Positions 13,511-25,106 of a stretch of DNA of 64,000 nucleotides are shown one piece after another. The position numbers were made by a program, and so were the translations under genes. Location of the stretch: the NCBI GenBank assembly GCA_965153285.1, contig OZ229115.1. One strand, 5' to 3'. The number at the start of each line of letters is the position of its first letter. Positions within the stretch are counted from its first letter, which is position 1. This stretch comes from Podarcis tiliguerta (lineage: Eukaryota). The notes under the pieces were generated by a model that had not been told where the DNA came from, did no database searches, and was given only the letters and a program-made list of their open reading frames with translations.

Positions 13511-13941
13511 GAGGCGTGGGGCCGCCCGAGGCCCCCGCCCCACAGATGCGGTTCTTCCTCCTCCTCCTCCTCCCGCCGCGCGCGCGCACCCCCTCGCCGC
13601 CCCAGGCGCGTGCACGGTGGGGGGGGGCGAAGGCGAGGGCGAGGCCCCTCACTCACCTGCGCCGTCACCATGGAGACCCCCTCCTCCTCCCGCCGCTGCG
13701 GCAGGGACGGCGGCGGCGGCGGCAGCACCGGATACGGCAGGGGGAGTCCGGCCCCGCCGCGGCCGCCGCTCACTTCCTTGGCAACGCGGCCGCCCGCCCC
13801 GAAGCCATCACTTCCTTGGCGACGCCCCGGCCCTAGCAACGGGCCCCGCCTCCTCCGCGCTCTCGGCCCTGGCAACGGGACACGCCCCTGGCAACGGGAC
13901 ACGCCCCTCTGGCCCTCGAGGCGCCCCAGCCACGTGCGCGG
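13500..13941 (-). promoter_or_regulatory. KIF3B: KIF3B CpG-island promoter with RFX X-box cluster
   Basis: Very GC/CpG rich; X-box GTCACCATGGAGAC 13664-13677 and five (C/T)T(A/G)GC(A/G)AC half-sites 13773-13895; GC boxes. Confidence 0.85.
13657..13800 (-). other. KIF3B: KIF3B non-coding exon 1 (5' end approximate)
   Basis: Consensus donor CAG|GTGAGT at 13657/13656 inside the CpG island upstream of exon 2. Confidence 0.75.
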
Positions 13942-14871
13942 TGTTTTTTGTTTTAATATAATTTTTATTAAATTTTCTGTTTTTACAATTTAAAATACTC
14001 GTTTTTACATCCTAAAGATATCAATGATTTCCATTCTTCTCTTTCCATGGTTCATTTTACATATCCTAAATGCCTGCATATTTTAGAAAAACTATACAAT
14101 TCAGTATTCCATTATTACAGCCATCAAAACTAATTTACACCGCTGAATTTATCTTAATGCTGCCGGCGTTTTCAGCTGTATGGCTTAGGTGTGTTTTAAT
14201 CCATGGAGAAAGTGGGAGATCCAGAGTTTCTATGAGATCAGCTTGAGCTTTCTTTTTTTTAGGTTTTGTTAATGCTGCTAATCATATGGCTTTTGCTGTA
14301 TTTCTTTTACTTTTATCAATGATAAACGATTTTTTATATAAATAAACTTACGTATATATGACATTAATATGAATCCATATATCCATAGATCTCAGGGCTG
14401 TCCACAACAACATAAAATTGCAATACAAAAAATACATAATAAAGCAAAAACAAACCAATAGCCTCTCTCTCCTTGTAATTGGGATGTTTAGCGCATCTTT
14501 TAGTTGCTGCTTCGTTAACAGTGTTTATTGGTGCTCTGTTTGCTCTAGTCCCTGGCTGGTGCTAAGACTGGTTATTGTGTAATTTTTTTAAAAAAAATAG
14601 TACATAGTTTTTAGTGCTGCCTTTGCTGTGAACCAATGCTGGATTATAAAGTAAGTAAATCTTATTTTTAAACTTACTTTACAAGCTGTTGCCTGATTTT
14701 TTCCAAAGAGGGAAGGAAGTCAGTTTCCTTTGTTTGTTGGACTTGCTCAAAGGCTTTGCAGCCTACCATAATTCCTATGCTTTCAATTTTGCTGCCAAGG
14801 ATGGAATTTTAAAACTCCTTCCAGGAGGGCCTGGAAGGATAAACTGCAATTAATATACCTTCCTATAGCAC

Positions 14872-15421
14872 TCATGAAATTAAGAGACTGCTGCTTCTTG
14901 GGAGAAAAGCGATGACAAACCTAGACAGCATCTTAAAAAGCAGAGACATCACCTTGCCAACAAAGCTCCGTATAGTTAAAGCTATGGTTTTCCCAGTAGT
15001 GATGTATGGAAGTGAGAGCTGGACCATAAAGAAGGCTGATCGCCGAAGAATGGATGCTTTTGAATTGTGGTGCTGGAGGAGACTCTTGAAAGTCCCATGG
15101 CCTGCAAGAAGATCAAACCTCTCCATTCTGAAGGAAATCAGCCCTGAGTGCTCCCTGGAAGGACAGATCATGAAGCTGAGGCTCCAATACTTTGGCCACC
15201 TCATGAGAAGAGAAGACTCCCTGGAAAAGACCCTGATGTTGGGAAAGATGGAAGGCACAAGGAGAAGGGGACGACAGAGGATGAGATGGTGGGACAGTGT
15301 TCTCGAAGCTACCAGCATGAGTATGACCAAACTGCGGGAGGCAGTGGAAGACAGGAGTGCCTGGCGTGCTCTGGTCCAGGGGGTCATGAAGAGTCGGACA
15401 CAACTAAAGAACAACAACAAC
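14872..15421 (+). mobile_element. RTE-BovB LINE, 5'-truncated
   Basis: MTNLDSILKSRDITLPTK...WCWRRLL...LEKTLMLGK BovB ORF C-terminus, short (CAA)n tail. Confidence 0.93.
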
Positions 15422-15937
15422 CTGTTAAAAACCATCCCATAAGGGCAAGGAGGAAAAGAAGCGGAATGAGAGTAGAACAGCCGCTGGGGGGCAGCGGGAG
15501 AGGCAATAGGAGACCCCTCAAAAACTGGACAGCTTCACTGCCAGGAGTAGGAAGGGAGCTGTGGCAAGATGTGGGCATATAGGAAGAGTGGGTGGTGAAG
15601 TGATAAAAAACCTGTAGGCAATGCAAATATATTCAGAGTGGTCCAGCCAGGAGCAAGGATGGAAGAGCTGCCAAATCATCTTGGGAAAACAGGTGATTGG
15701 GCAAGAAAATGGCAGATGGGATGCAATTTGTATAAGTGCAGTGAGGTGGCACCTTAGCAGGAAATTGCCCCGACTCTTCGGAGGGGAGCCTGGGCTTTGG
15801 GTCAGCTCCTACAGCTTGGGACAGGCGAAGTCTCTCCCCAAAACCCCACAGCAATGGGGCAGCTCCCTGTGGCAGACAAGGATTCGGGTGGCATCAAGGG
15901 CTTCCTCTCTCCCCAAAAGAGCAGCCCCTCTCCTCTT

Positions 15938-16172
15938 TTGAATTTGATATCCCGCCTTTCACTCCCCTTCAGGAGTCTCAAAGCGGCTAACAATCTCCTT
16001 TCCCTTCCTCCCCCACAACAAACACTCTGTGAGGTGAGTGGGGCTGAGAGACTTCAAAGAAGTGTGACTGGCCCAAGGTCACCCAGCAGCTGCATGTGGA
16101 GGAACAGGGAATCAAACCCAGTTCACCAGATTACGAGACTACTGCTCTTAACCACTACACCACACTGGCTCT
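15938..16172 (-). mobile_element. tRNA-derived SINE, Squam3-like
   Basis: Reverse complement closely matches 20826-21075. Confidence 0.82.
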
Positions 16173-16483
16173 CTTGCTAATTATGCTGTTTCAAATGATT
16201 GTTTTATATCTGACTTCCTTTAGTAATGTTTTCTATCGAAATAACGGTTTGGATTTTTTTGGATATTTAACAATGTTTTCTATCAAAATAACGGTTTGGA
16301 TTTTTGGGTTAACTTTGCTGCGTTCAATGTTCATTCTGCAGTTCACCACTTTTGTAATGTTTTCTTTTGAAATCTTTTAATATTTTAGTTTCCTGCCAAT
16401 TACGTTGCTATGAACGTATATTTTATATTTGACTTTTGTAAGTAATGTTTTGCTCTGGATTGTTTGATTTGATGCTTTGATGT

Positions 16484-16959
16484 GTTCAAAAAGGACACTG
16501 ACAAACTGGAACGTGTCCAGAGGAGGGCAACCAAAATGGTCAAAGGCCTGGAAACGATGCCTTATGAGGAACGGCTAAGGGAGCAGGGCATGTTTAGCCT
16601 GGAGAAGAGGAGGTTAAGGGGTGATATGATAGCCATGTTCAAATATATAAAAGGATGTCACATAGAGGAGGGAGAAAGGTTGTTTTCTGCTGCTCCAGAG
16701 AAGCGGACACGGAGCAATGGATCCAAACTACAAGAAAGAAGATTCCACCTAAATATAAGGAAGAACTTCCTGACAGTAAGAGCTGTTTGACAGTGGAATT
16801 TGCTGCCAAGGAGTGTGGTGGAGTCTGCTTCTTTGGAGGTCTTTAAGCAGAGGCTTGACAACCATATGTCAGGAGTGCTCTGATGGTGTTTCCTGCTTGG
16901 CAGGGGGTTGGACTCGATGGCCCTTGTGGTCTCTTCCAACTCTATGATTCTATGATTCT
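16484..16959 (+). mobile_element. CR1 LINE 3' end
   Basis: [19 protein letters not shown]...; (ATTCTATG)n tail; only a handful of differences from 183-636. Confidence 0.92.
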
Positions 16960-18284
16960 GTGTGGTAAACCGCATTTAAATGTTTTTCTTGAAAATATGT
17001 TGAGTCTCTTTAGGTTAACCTATTGATGGTTTGTACATTATATTAACCAAACCAGTCCAAACCAGAAATTTCCATTATCCAGCCATGGTTTTAAGAATCA
17101 GGAAGGTGTTGCTTTCTCCTCACCCTTTCGTTACTAGATGCCCTACTCCATTTTTGAGTTGTGATTGTCTGCTTCCCATGCCATTCCACATCAGGAAACT
17201 ATGGTTAGTGCTACCTCCAAACCACTGATTCACATGGGATTGAAGAAGTGAGAGGAGTTATGTGATTTGAATGACTATCTGAAGTGAGCTGGTGAAAATG
17301 GGGTCCCTCTGCGCCTCAGCATACACTACAAGCTTGCCATCTACACACAGAAACATGTGTTGTGTCCATCAGAATTCAATCCGTATTAAGGTCCAATGCA
17401 AGTAATTTTTGTTTAGGCTCATCAAAGCCCCTTCCTCAATAAATCTACTATATAATTTTTGTTCTTAAAACTATCTTAAAAGTTTTACGGTCCTAATTCA
17501 TCTTCTCTGCACAGCAGATGATCTTTGTTATTTGTTTTACAGCTAGAAATGCCATCTGATCTCAGTCCTAAGGGCAAAAGGACTTCTAGGAATTCAAATT
17601 TGGCACTGGCGCCCAGTGAAGCAATTCTGGTAGAATGGAAGTAGGGGAAGGAACATAATTTATGGGAGTTCTGGCAGAGAAAACATCAAGTGAATGGAAG
17701 CACAAGTGCCCACTGGAGGAGAGTATTGATAAAAAAAAATTAATTGTGATTAATGTGTTTTATGGGACTTTCTGGAAGAGACCAGGGAAATTGCATCTGA
17801 GGCTATAAAGCCTTCAGTGTTCCAGATCTTGGCCTGTTGCCCAAAGCCTTATGCTTGCTGGATGCAATTTCTCCATCACTTTGGTATCTTGCTGTGCACA
17901 ATTTCTCTGTCCCCGATTCATTAAAGAGAGTGTGTTAGGGAAGGGGAGACAAGTGAAAAAAGAAAGAGAAGCAGAGATGCTTTTTGGTTAAGCTATCACA
18001 ACGTTGTTAATTTATATACTTCCCTTCAACTTCACTTTGCAGCATGGTTAAAAAAAGGGATAGAAAACCATACAGTATAAACAAAGAGCAGCATTTAAAA
18101 GAGGGGTGCACACCTCTCCCCAGATGCCGCTGACCTCAACTCAAGACAGGAGCTGCACAAAACTTTACACCTTGCCTGGGGCTTGGAAACAACACTATTT
18201 AAACTTCGCCTCTGTGCAGTATGCCTCTGAATGCTTAGCTGCTGGGAATCACAGGTGGGCAGAGGGCTCAGAGGGGAGGTCCAA

Positions 18285-18900
18285 AAAATATCTGCATGGT
18301 GCCTAGGGAACAACTTGCACCTTAACATCAGCAAGACAAAGGAGATGGTGTTGGACTTTCGGAGGAAGAGAGGAGAACTAGCCCCGCTGTACGTCGGGGA
18401 GGGCTGTGTGGAGAGAGTCTCTTCCTTTAAATTCCTAGGAGTTTATCTCAGTGAAGACCTTAAAAGTAAAGGGACCCGTGACCATTAGGTCCAGTCGTGG
18501 CCGACTCTGGGGTTGCGGCGCTTATCTCGTTTTATTGGCCGAGGGAGCCGGCGTACAGCTTCCGGGTCATGTGGCCAGCAGGACTAAGCCGCTTCTGGTG
18601 AACTAGAGCAGCGCACAGAAATGCCATTTACCTTCCCACCAGAGCAGTACCTATTTATCTACTTGCACTTTGACGTGCTTTCGAACTGCTAGGTTAGCAG
18701 GAGCAGGGACCGAGCAACGGGAGCTCACTCCGTCGCGGGGATTTGAACCGCTGACCTTCTGATCAGCAAGTCCTAGGCTCTGTGGTTTAACTCACAGCGC
18801 CACCCGAGTCCCTGTGAAGACCTTACTTGGAAAATAAATACAACCCAGGTGGTTAAGAAAGCCCAACAGAGACTCCATCTCTTCAGAGTATTGCGTTCCT
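18285..18900 (+). mobile_element. Rex1/Babar-like LINE RT fragment split by a Sauria SINE
   Basis: WCLGNNLHLNISKTKEMVLDFRRK...VERVSSFKFLGVYLSEDL | TWKINTTQVVKKAQQRLHLFRVLR. Confidence 0.78.
18463..18813 (-). mobile_element. Sauria SINE
   Basis: Reverse complement of 6880-7230; 12-bp TSD GTGAAGACCTTA (18451-18462, 18814-18825). Confidence 0.92.
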
Positions 18901-19671
18901 GTACAGAAATGCCCCCATATAAGAGGTGTTCAAGGAGGGAAGCTTTGGTTCTCTGCAAGGTTTACACTCACCAATTCCTGGCCAAGGGGTCAGGATGCCT
19001 TTCTGCCCCAGCTAACAAATTTACACTTGAATGAAGTAAGGTGGTATGCTGCCCTTTACAGGATGACATTCTAAGAACTACACTCAAATAGTAGGTGGTC
19101 AACTGACACTATTTAACAGGTGAATTGCCCCATGTGCCAATCTTAAATCAACACTGCCCAAGCTGCTGGCTTGCAAGTAACAGAAATCAATAGAACTTCA
19201 TTCCATTTAGAATTTGATCATCTGTCTGGAAAAAATCGAATTGTTCGAAGCGATTATTATTGTTACTACGACTAAATGCAATGGAAGAAAAGCAGTTCTT
19301 GGGCAGTCAGATAAAACCTTCAACTGTGCAAAGAAGCTCTTGGTTAATCCACTCTGCACAAGAATCTGTTGCTTTTAAAAACAGATGCTTGGAAGTGCGC
19401 ATAGCTTGCGTGGAAAGAGAGAGCCCATGACCTCACTTCTAAGCTGGGTCCTTCTGCCAATGGCATAAGCCTAATCAGGTCCATGGCAGCGAGATTCTAT
19501 GTTTGGAGATCCCTAAATTGAAGAGTGACAGGCAGCCATCTGGGCCAACAACTTCTTTTTTTCTAAAAGGAGAAAACATCGGCACGTGGTTTCACCCGGT
19601 GGATGTTAACCATAGCCAAAGCTAGGAGGAATGTTTCAAGTCAAAAAAACACTCAAGAGGAAGATTAATGT

Positions 19672-19677
19672 TTTATT
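19672..19677 (-). terminator. POFUT1: Candidate POFUT1 poly(A) signal AATAAA, implying a 3'UTR of about 4.3 kb
   Basis: First canonical AATAAA I found downstream of the stop; upstream UGUA and downstream GU/U-rich tract (gagtgtttttttgac on minus). Confidence 0.6.
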
Positions 19678-19817
19678 ATGAAAATGAAAATCACAAAGTT
19701 ATCCTCTGTACATTAGTTAATTTTTTAAAAAATTAAAACATGGCTTCTGATATTGTGCATAGCACACAAATACCCCAGATGTCCTCTATTCTGAGCCAGC
19801 CACATAAATGGAGTTTA

Positions 19818-20013
19818 CAGTGGTACCTCTGGTTATGAACTTACTTCGTTCTGGAGATCCGTTAACCTGAAACCGTTCTTAACCTGAGGTACCACTTTAG
19901 CTAATGGGGCCACCTGCCGCCGCTGCATGATTTCTGTTCTCATCCTGAGGTAAAGTTCTTAACCCGAGGTACTACTTCCAGGTTAGCGGAGTCCGTAACC
20001 CAAGGTACCACTG
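19818..20013. mobile_element. Tc1/mariner (Tigger-like) MITE
   Basis: TIR CAGTGGTACCT...AGGTACCACTG flanked by TA on both sides. Confidence 0.85.
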
Positions 20014-20174
20014 TACACAAATGTTGGCGAGGCTGCACCCCATGAATGAATTGTCTCCTCATGGCACGGTGTAGCTGCACCCCTGCAAATTCCATATGGT
20101 CAACATCATTAACAGCACAGCCCTATGAGTATCCACACTGAGTTCACTGGGACTTACTTCCAGATAATGGTGTA

Positions 20175-20311
20175 CAGCATTACATCAACCTCAGCCCTCC
20201 AGATGTTTTTGGCCTACAACTCCCATGATCCCTAGCTAGCAAGACCAGTGGTCATGGATGATGGGAACTGTAGTCTCAAAACATCTGGAGGGCCGAGGTT
20301 GAGGAAGCCTG
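20175..20311. mobile_element. Palindromic MITE, same family as 1674-1809
   Basis: ccctccagatgtttt..ctacaactcccatga ... gatgggaactgtagtc..aaaacatctggaggg hairpin. Confidence 0.75.
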
Positions 20312-20825
20312 GTGTACAGGATTGCCACCTTTAAAAAATTTCATTAGTTGTATTTCAACCAGAGGTTGGCATTTCCTCCCACAAAGAGGCAAGATATATT
20401 GAAGGTATAGCACAGAGGATTCTCATGCCCATTAGGAAGCCTCCAGATATGAATGTTGATGCTTCAGTGCTGGTTAAGAGACAATGGGCTTTATATATAA
20501 ATATATGAATTGCAGAGTAACTTTGCATACATGATAAAGAGTTTACAAAACTATGAATAGCGTGGAGAGCAAAAAGGGAGATTCCCCTTACCTCTCATAA
20601 TACTGGAAACCCAGGTTCATCTAACAAAACAGACCAAACCACCTACTGCCAGGCAGACAAAAAAGGTAAGTTTTGTCACACTGAATCTCTGGAACTTCCT
20701 TTGATAATATGTGGAGCTATCCGTGGGTTTATCAGGCAGTAAAACAGCTTTTTGTCAGATTCTTGGGAGGTGAAATCTACAAACGGCCATTAGCCATAAC
20801 AGCTAATATGGCAACTCCCATATGG

Positions 20826-21075
20826 CAATATGGTGTAGTGGTTAAGAGCGGTAGTCTCGTAATCTGGGGAACCGGGTTCGCGTCTCCGCTCCTCCACATG
20901 CAGCTGCTGGGTGACCTTGGGCCAGTCACATTTCTTTGAAGTCTCTCAGCCCCACTCACCTCACAGAGTGTTTGTTGTGGGGGAGGAAGGGAAAGGAGAA
21001 TGTTAGCTGCTTTGAGACTCCTTAAAGGGAGTGAAAGGCGGGATATCAAATCCAAAACTCTTCTTCTTCTTCTTC
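20826..21075 (+). mobile_element. tRNA-derived SINE, Squam3-like, (CTT)n tail
   Basis: Box A TGGTGTAGTGG, box B-like GGTTCGCGTCTCC, CORE-like gggtgaccttgggccagtcac, (CTT)n tail. Confidence 0.82.
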
Positions 21076-22032
21076 TAACTTGATATACAAGGTGGAGGTG
21101 AGCTGGTGAGGAGAACTGCTGCCTTCAGGCCCTCCCATTGTCTTCTAGATGGCTGCTGTTGGGAACAAAAGGTTGGGTTAAGATGGACCTTTGCCTGACC
21201 CATCAAGGAAATTGCTATATTCTTATGCTTACTGACGAATTGCAGAAGAGTAACTGTTTGTTCTTGCTGCTCCAGACAGAAATATTGTGGCACTTACTGA
21301 TCTTTGGAATCAAAATACTGTATACTTTCAGAAGCTCAGGCAGAAGAGAGGATCCCACCTAACAGATGAAGTCAGAGATCATCTCCATGTGCTGTCAAAG
21401 CCTCAGCCTTTCTTGGTTTTCCTTTTGTTCTTCATAAACATTCCTGGACAATCTTTTGAGAGTCTTTTTTTCATTCGATCATCACCATCATTATCATCCA
21501 TATTACAGGTAGCTTTGGAAGACATGGTTTCACTGCAGAATCTACCAAAACTAGGACACAGGAACTGCATTTCTCTTCCAAGCCTAGTGCTTCTCTACAC
21601 CTTTTAAGACTGAACTTTTAAACAAACTTCTCCAGTACTTCATAAAGATGAGCAAAGACGTTTCCAGCAAATACAATGCTGGTTTTCAGATTTGTAGCTT
21701 GCCAGTGATAATTCACTATCAATAAGTGATGCAAGGTAGTGATTAAATTAATAAACTTGCAAAGTCGCTGCTTATAAAAGTGTTTACTGGTCCGCTGAAA
21801 CTGTTAGCATTTATGAACCAGAGTCTTTTCAGAAGATGGCGGAGGAAGACAGAAAAGAGACTAGAGGCAATACTGCTACCGCAAGCAACCAAACCTAGGA
21901 AAAGTTCATTTGCAATTCAATCCTGCTATTGCAAGATTGTTTCATCAACACCTAAAAGGAAGATACAGAGGCTAACAATGCTGCCTGTGCAATTCGAGCC
22001 CAATAAAGCAAATAGAAAGCTCCAGAAAGTTA

Positions 22033-22539
22033 CCGTATTTTTCGCCCTATAGGACGCACCGTCCCATAAGGCGCACCTAGTTTTTTGGGAGAGAAATAAA
22101 GGGGGAAAAATTATTTCCCCCCCCAGGCGCAGGGTTGGGGCGGGGGAAGCCCGAGCTTCCCCCGACCCCAGCCCCCAAACAGGCAGCTTTCTGAAAGCCG
22201 TGGGAGCCCAGCGCTGGCTCCCGCTGCTTGCGGAGAGGTCCGCGAAGCCTAGACGCGCTGAGCTCAGCACGGGCAGGCTTCAGCATGCAGGCAACTCTCC
22301 GCAAGCAGCGGGAGCGCTCCCGCTGCTTACGGAGAGGTCTGTGAAGCCTGGACGCGCTGAGCTCAGCGCGCGCAGGCTTCAGCATGCAGGCAACTCTCTG
22401 CAAGCAGCGGGAGCCAGCGCTGGGCTCCCGCTGCTTGCGGAGAGGTGCGCGAAGCCTGCATTCGCCCCATAGGACGCACACACATTTCCCCTTAATTTTT
22501 AGAGGGGGGAAAGTGCGTCCTATAGGGCGAAAAATACGG
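22033..22539. mobile_element. TcMar (Tc2-like) MITE with internal tandem hairpin units
   Basis: 27-bp TIR CCGTATTTTTCGCCCTATAGGACGCAC, TA TSD (22031-22032, 22540-22541). Confidence 0.88.
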
Positions 22540-24004
22540 TATTTCCCCCAGCACAACATATTTAGTCTTAATATAGAGTGCAGATGGAAGGATAGTTCAG
22601 GCATGCAGCCATCAGCCAGGACAATTTGTCAACTGATGTTCAGAATGCACAGGAGCAGATAATTATCAGAGGGTAAGATGCTGTGCTGTCACCACAGAAA
22701 GTTACTGCTGATGTGATGAGGTAACATAACATGAACTAGGTAACCTGACAGTTTGCAGATCTCCTGCCTGAGGATTTTTCTGTGGGAAAACTCTACAGGT
22801 AAATTAGGGAGCATAGTTCAGATGTACATCAGGAAAGCTGAATCATGATTTCAGAGCAATTATGCAGAGAAAAGTGCATAAACACTTTAAAACAAAAAAA
22901 TCAAGATCCACTATCTGTTGGCTCCTCTTTTCAAGAGACTCAAAGTAAATGCCTGCAATTCAAAGTGGACCAAGTGGTTATTCCTTTCAGAGACTTTTAA
23001 AAGGTCACAGCTTCTAAACATAAAAAGGATGCTGAAAGAATGAGTGTACAAGAGTTGGAAGGAATCTTGGAGGTCTCCTAGTCCAACCCCCTGCTCAATG
23101 CAACAAAATAGTTTCAAGGTGGCAGCCAGGCTGGGTTTCCAGAATAGAGAGCTCAGAAAGACATGATTGCTGACCCACCAAAAGCCATTAAAATGCAACT
23201 GATGCACTGAGCTCTCAGCGATGTTGCAAATGGGCCCAATAAAAGGTGCATAATATTTGATTTACGAATTATTACGGTGTTTCAAAAAGGAGATTATTTC
23301 TTAACTTCTATTTTATACTGTGTACAGTGCTTAGACTGCCAATTTTGTAAAATGCAAAACTGCTCTAAAAGGCTCTTGTGTAATAGGATTAAAAAATAAA
23401 AAGGTATCTCTATGCTACCTGGGAATTGCCGCAAACAGAACTGGTCCACAGGGCACCAGAGTTATTAGGACTAAAACTCCTCTGAAAGTCCCATAACGTG
23501 TCACAGCTGATAGCAAAATCATTTGCTTATAGTCTGCCCACTCCCAGCAAGGGGGAATGGGAATTAAATCCATTTGGCAGCTCAGAAAACAAAAGCACAC
23601 AAGGCAAATGTCAGTTGGTTGCACAACTGAGAACGTATCTGCTGGTTCCCAGTTCTTAATGTCAGAACACTTCTTGTCAGTGAACAAGCCGTCTTGAGAA
23701 TACTGTGCATTAAGGAAGCACCAGACGAGTCATTAATTCCAGAAGAGGTAGCAAGACAGCAAAGAAAGGGGAAGAGAGGAACGGGAGTGGGTTTGCTTAT
23801 TTGAACCACAACTGTGGGAGGAGGGAATGTTTCCTGGAAGTCATCCACTTCTCCTTTCAGGTCACGTTCTAGTAATATTCAAGGAATGCCATGAGGATGA
23901 ACCTGTAGAATCCAGATATATCCAGTGCTTGCTTTGAGGGAGACCTTGTATTTATGAGAACTGTATGCAAGTAGTGGGTCGAAAGGCATCTCTTCCTCTA
24001 GGGG

Positions 24005-24193
24005 CTACAATTCGTCCCTTGACGTGGGTGGATAGTCCATGCCAAAAAAGGACGAGGGTCTCCCATGCACATCGCGTTCTCTTTTCACAAAGGCAGTAAA
24101 GGAAGAAACACAGTTTCCAATGAAGTGGTCAGACTTGCTGAGAATGTACAAATCTACCTGGGGCACTTCAGGCTGCAGGTACACCACTTTTAT
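24005..24193 (-). CDS. POFUT1: POFUT1 exon 7 (last), ends RDEL-stop
   Basis: [40 protein letters not shown]...RDEL*; acceptor ttttcAG. Confidence 0.97.
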   Translation of the reverse strand: MKVVYLQPEVPQVDLYILSKSDHFIGNCVSSFTAFVKRERDVHGRPSSFFGMDYPPTSRDEL

Positions 24194-24699
24194 CTGAAAA
24201 GGGGAAAACAAGCAGAGACCAGTGATTGAAAGTGAACACACACATGCAGACGTGGCGTTTGCCACAAGCTGTCTGTCTACTCACTCTATCCCTCCACCTG
24301 AACTTGTTTCATCAAGCTGCACCTTTCTATAACACCTTCAGGTTCCCAGAGTATCTTTCAGATGGAGTCTGTTGGATGCCATTCTGTCTTACAGTCCTTG
24401 GTTCAAGGTTTGCCATGTGGAAAGTCACCTGAATGATTTCCGAACTAGTGTTCAGCTACCTCTATATCGAATGCAACTGCATCATATATTCTGAGCAAAA
24501 TAACTGTGATGCCAAATCACTCAAAGACCCAGTAGAGCCCAAACTTTCTTCTGCCCATCCCTGCTGTAAGCCCCCCTGATTCCTCCGTCTGAGAAGAAAG
24601 GCAAGATATTAATATTTCCAATGCATAAACCCAGAGAGAGAAAAGCAGTGAAGTTTGCACCAATAACTACTCATTGCTTCAGCTGCAGCAGGACATTAC

Positions 24700-24942
24700 C
24701 TTTTGTTTGAAAAGCTGCTGTATTTCCTTCGTATAAGGTTCAGAGTCACTGGCGATGTACACAGCTTTTGCATCTGTCTTCTTCACCCAGAGTCTTAGCG
24801 CTCGTTTTATCTCTTTCAGGCCTGGCAGACACATATCCATGGTAAGGGGTGCAGCAGTGTTCCGATCATAGCCCACACACTGTGGCGAAGCCATTAGATG
24901 AGACCCGGCAGTGCCATCTTTCAACATATTGCATGCATTTTT
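24700..24942 (-). CDS. POFUT1: POFUT1 exon 6
   Basis: 243 nt, [22 protein letters not shown]...LFKQK; AG/GT boundaries. Confidence 0.96.
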
Positions 24943-25106
24943 CTAAGGCGGAGGGAGGAGAAAAACAGAACATCACACACAGGTAGAAGTGGTAAGAAAC
25001 AGAGCATCATACAAAGGTAGGAGGACTTCACAGCAATGGAGAAGGAAAATTCCATACAGCTAGCCAAAGCAGGCAAAAAAACCACATTGCTAATGGAGGG
25101 TCCTTG

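Noticed and set aside
13124-13993. 289-aa and 248-aa ORFs at the KIF3B 5' end
   Set aside because: Stop-poor CpG island and tandem repeat; no recognisable domain
14872-15421. BovB as new evidence of horizontal transfer
   Set aside because: BovB in squamates is well known; nothing new is visible from these truncated copies
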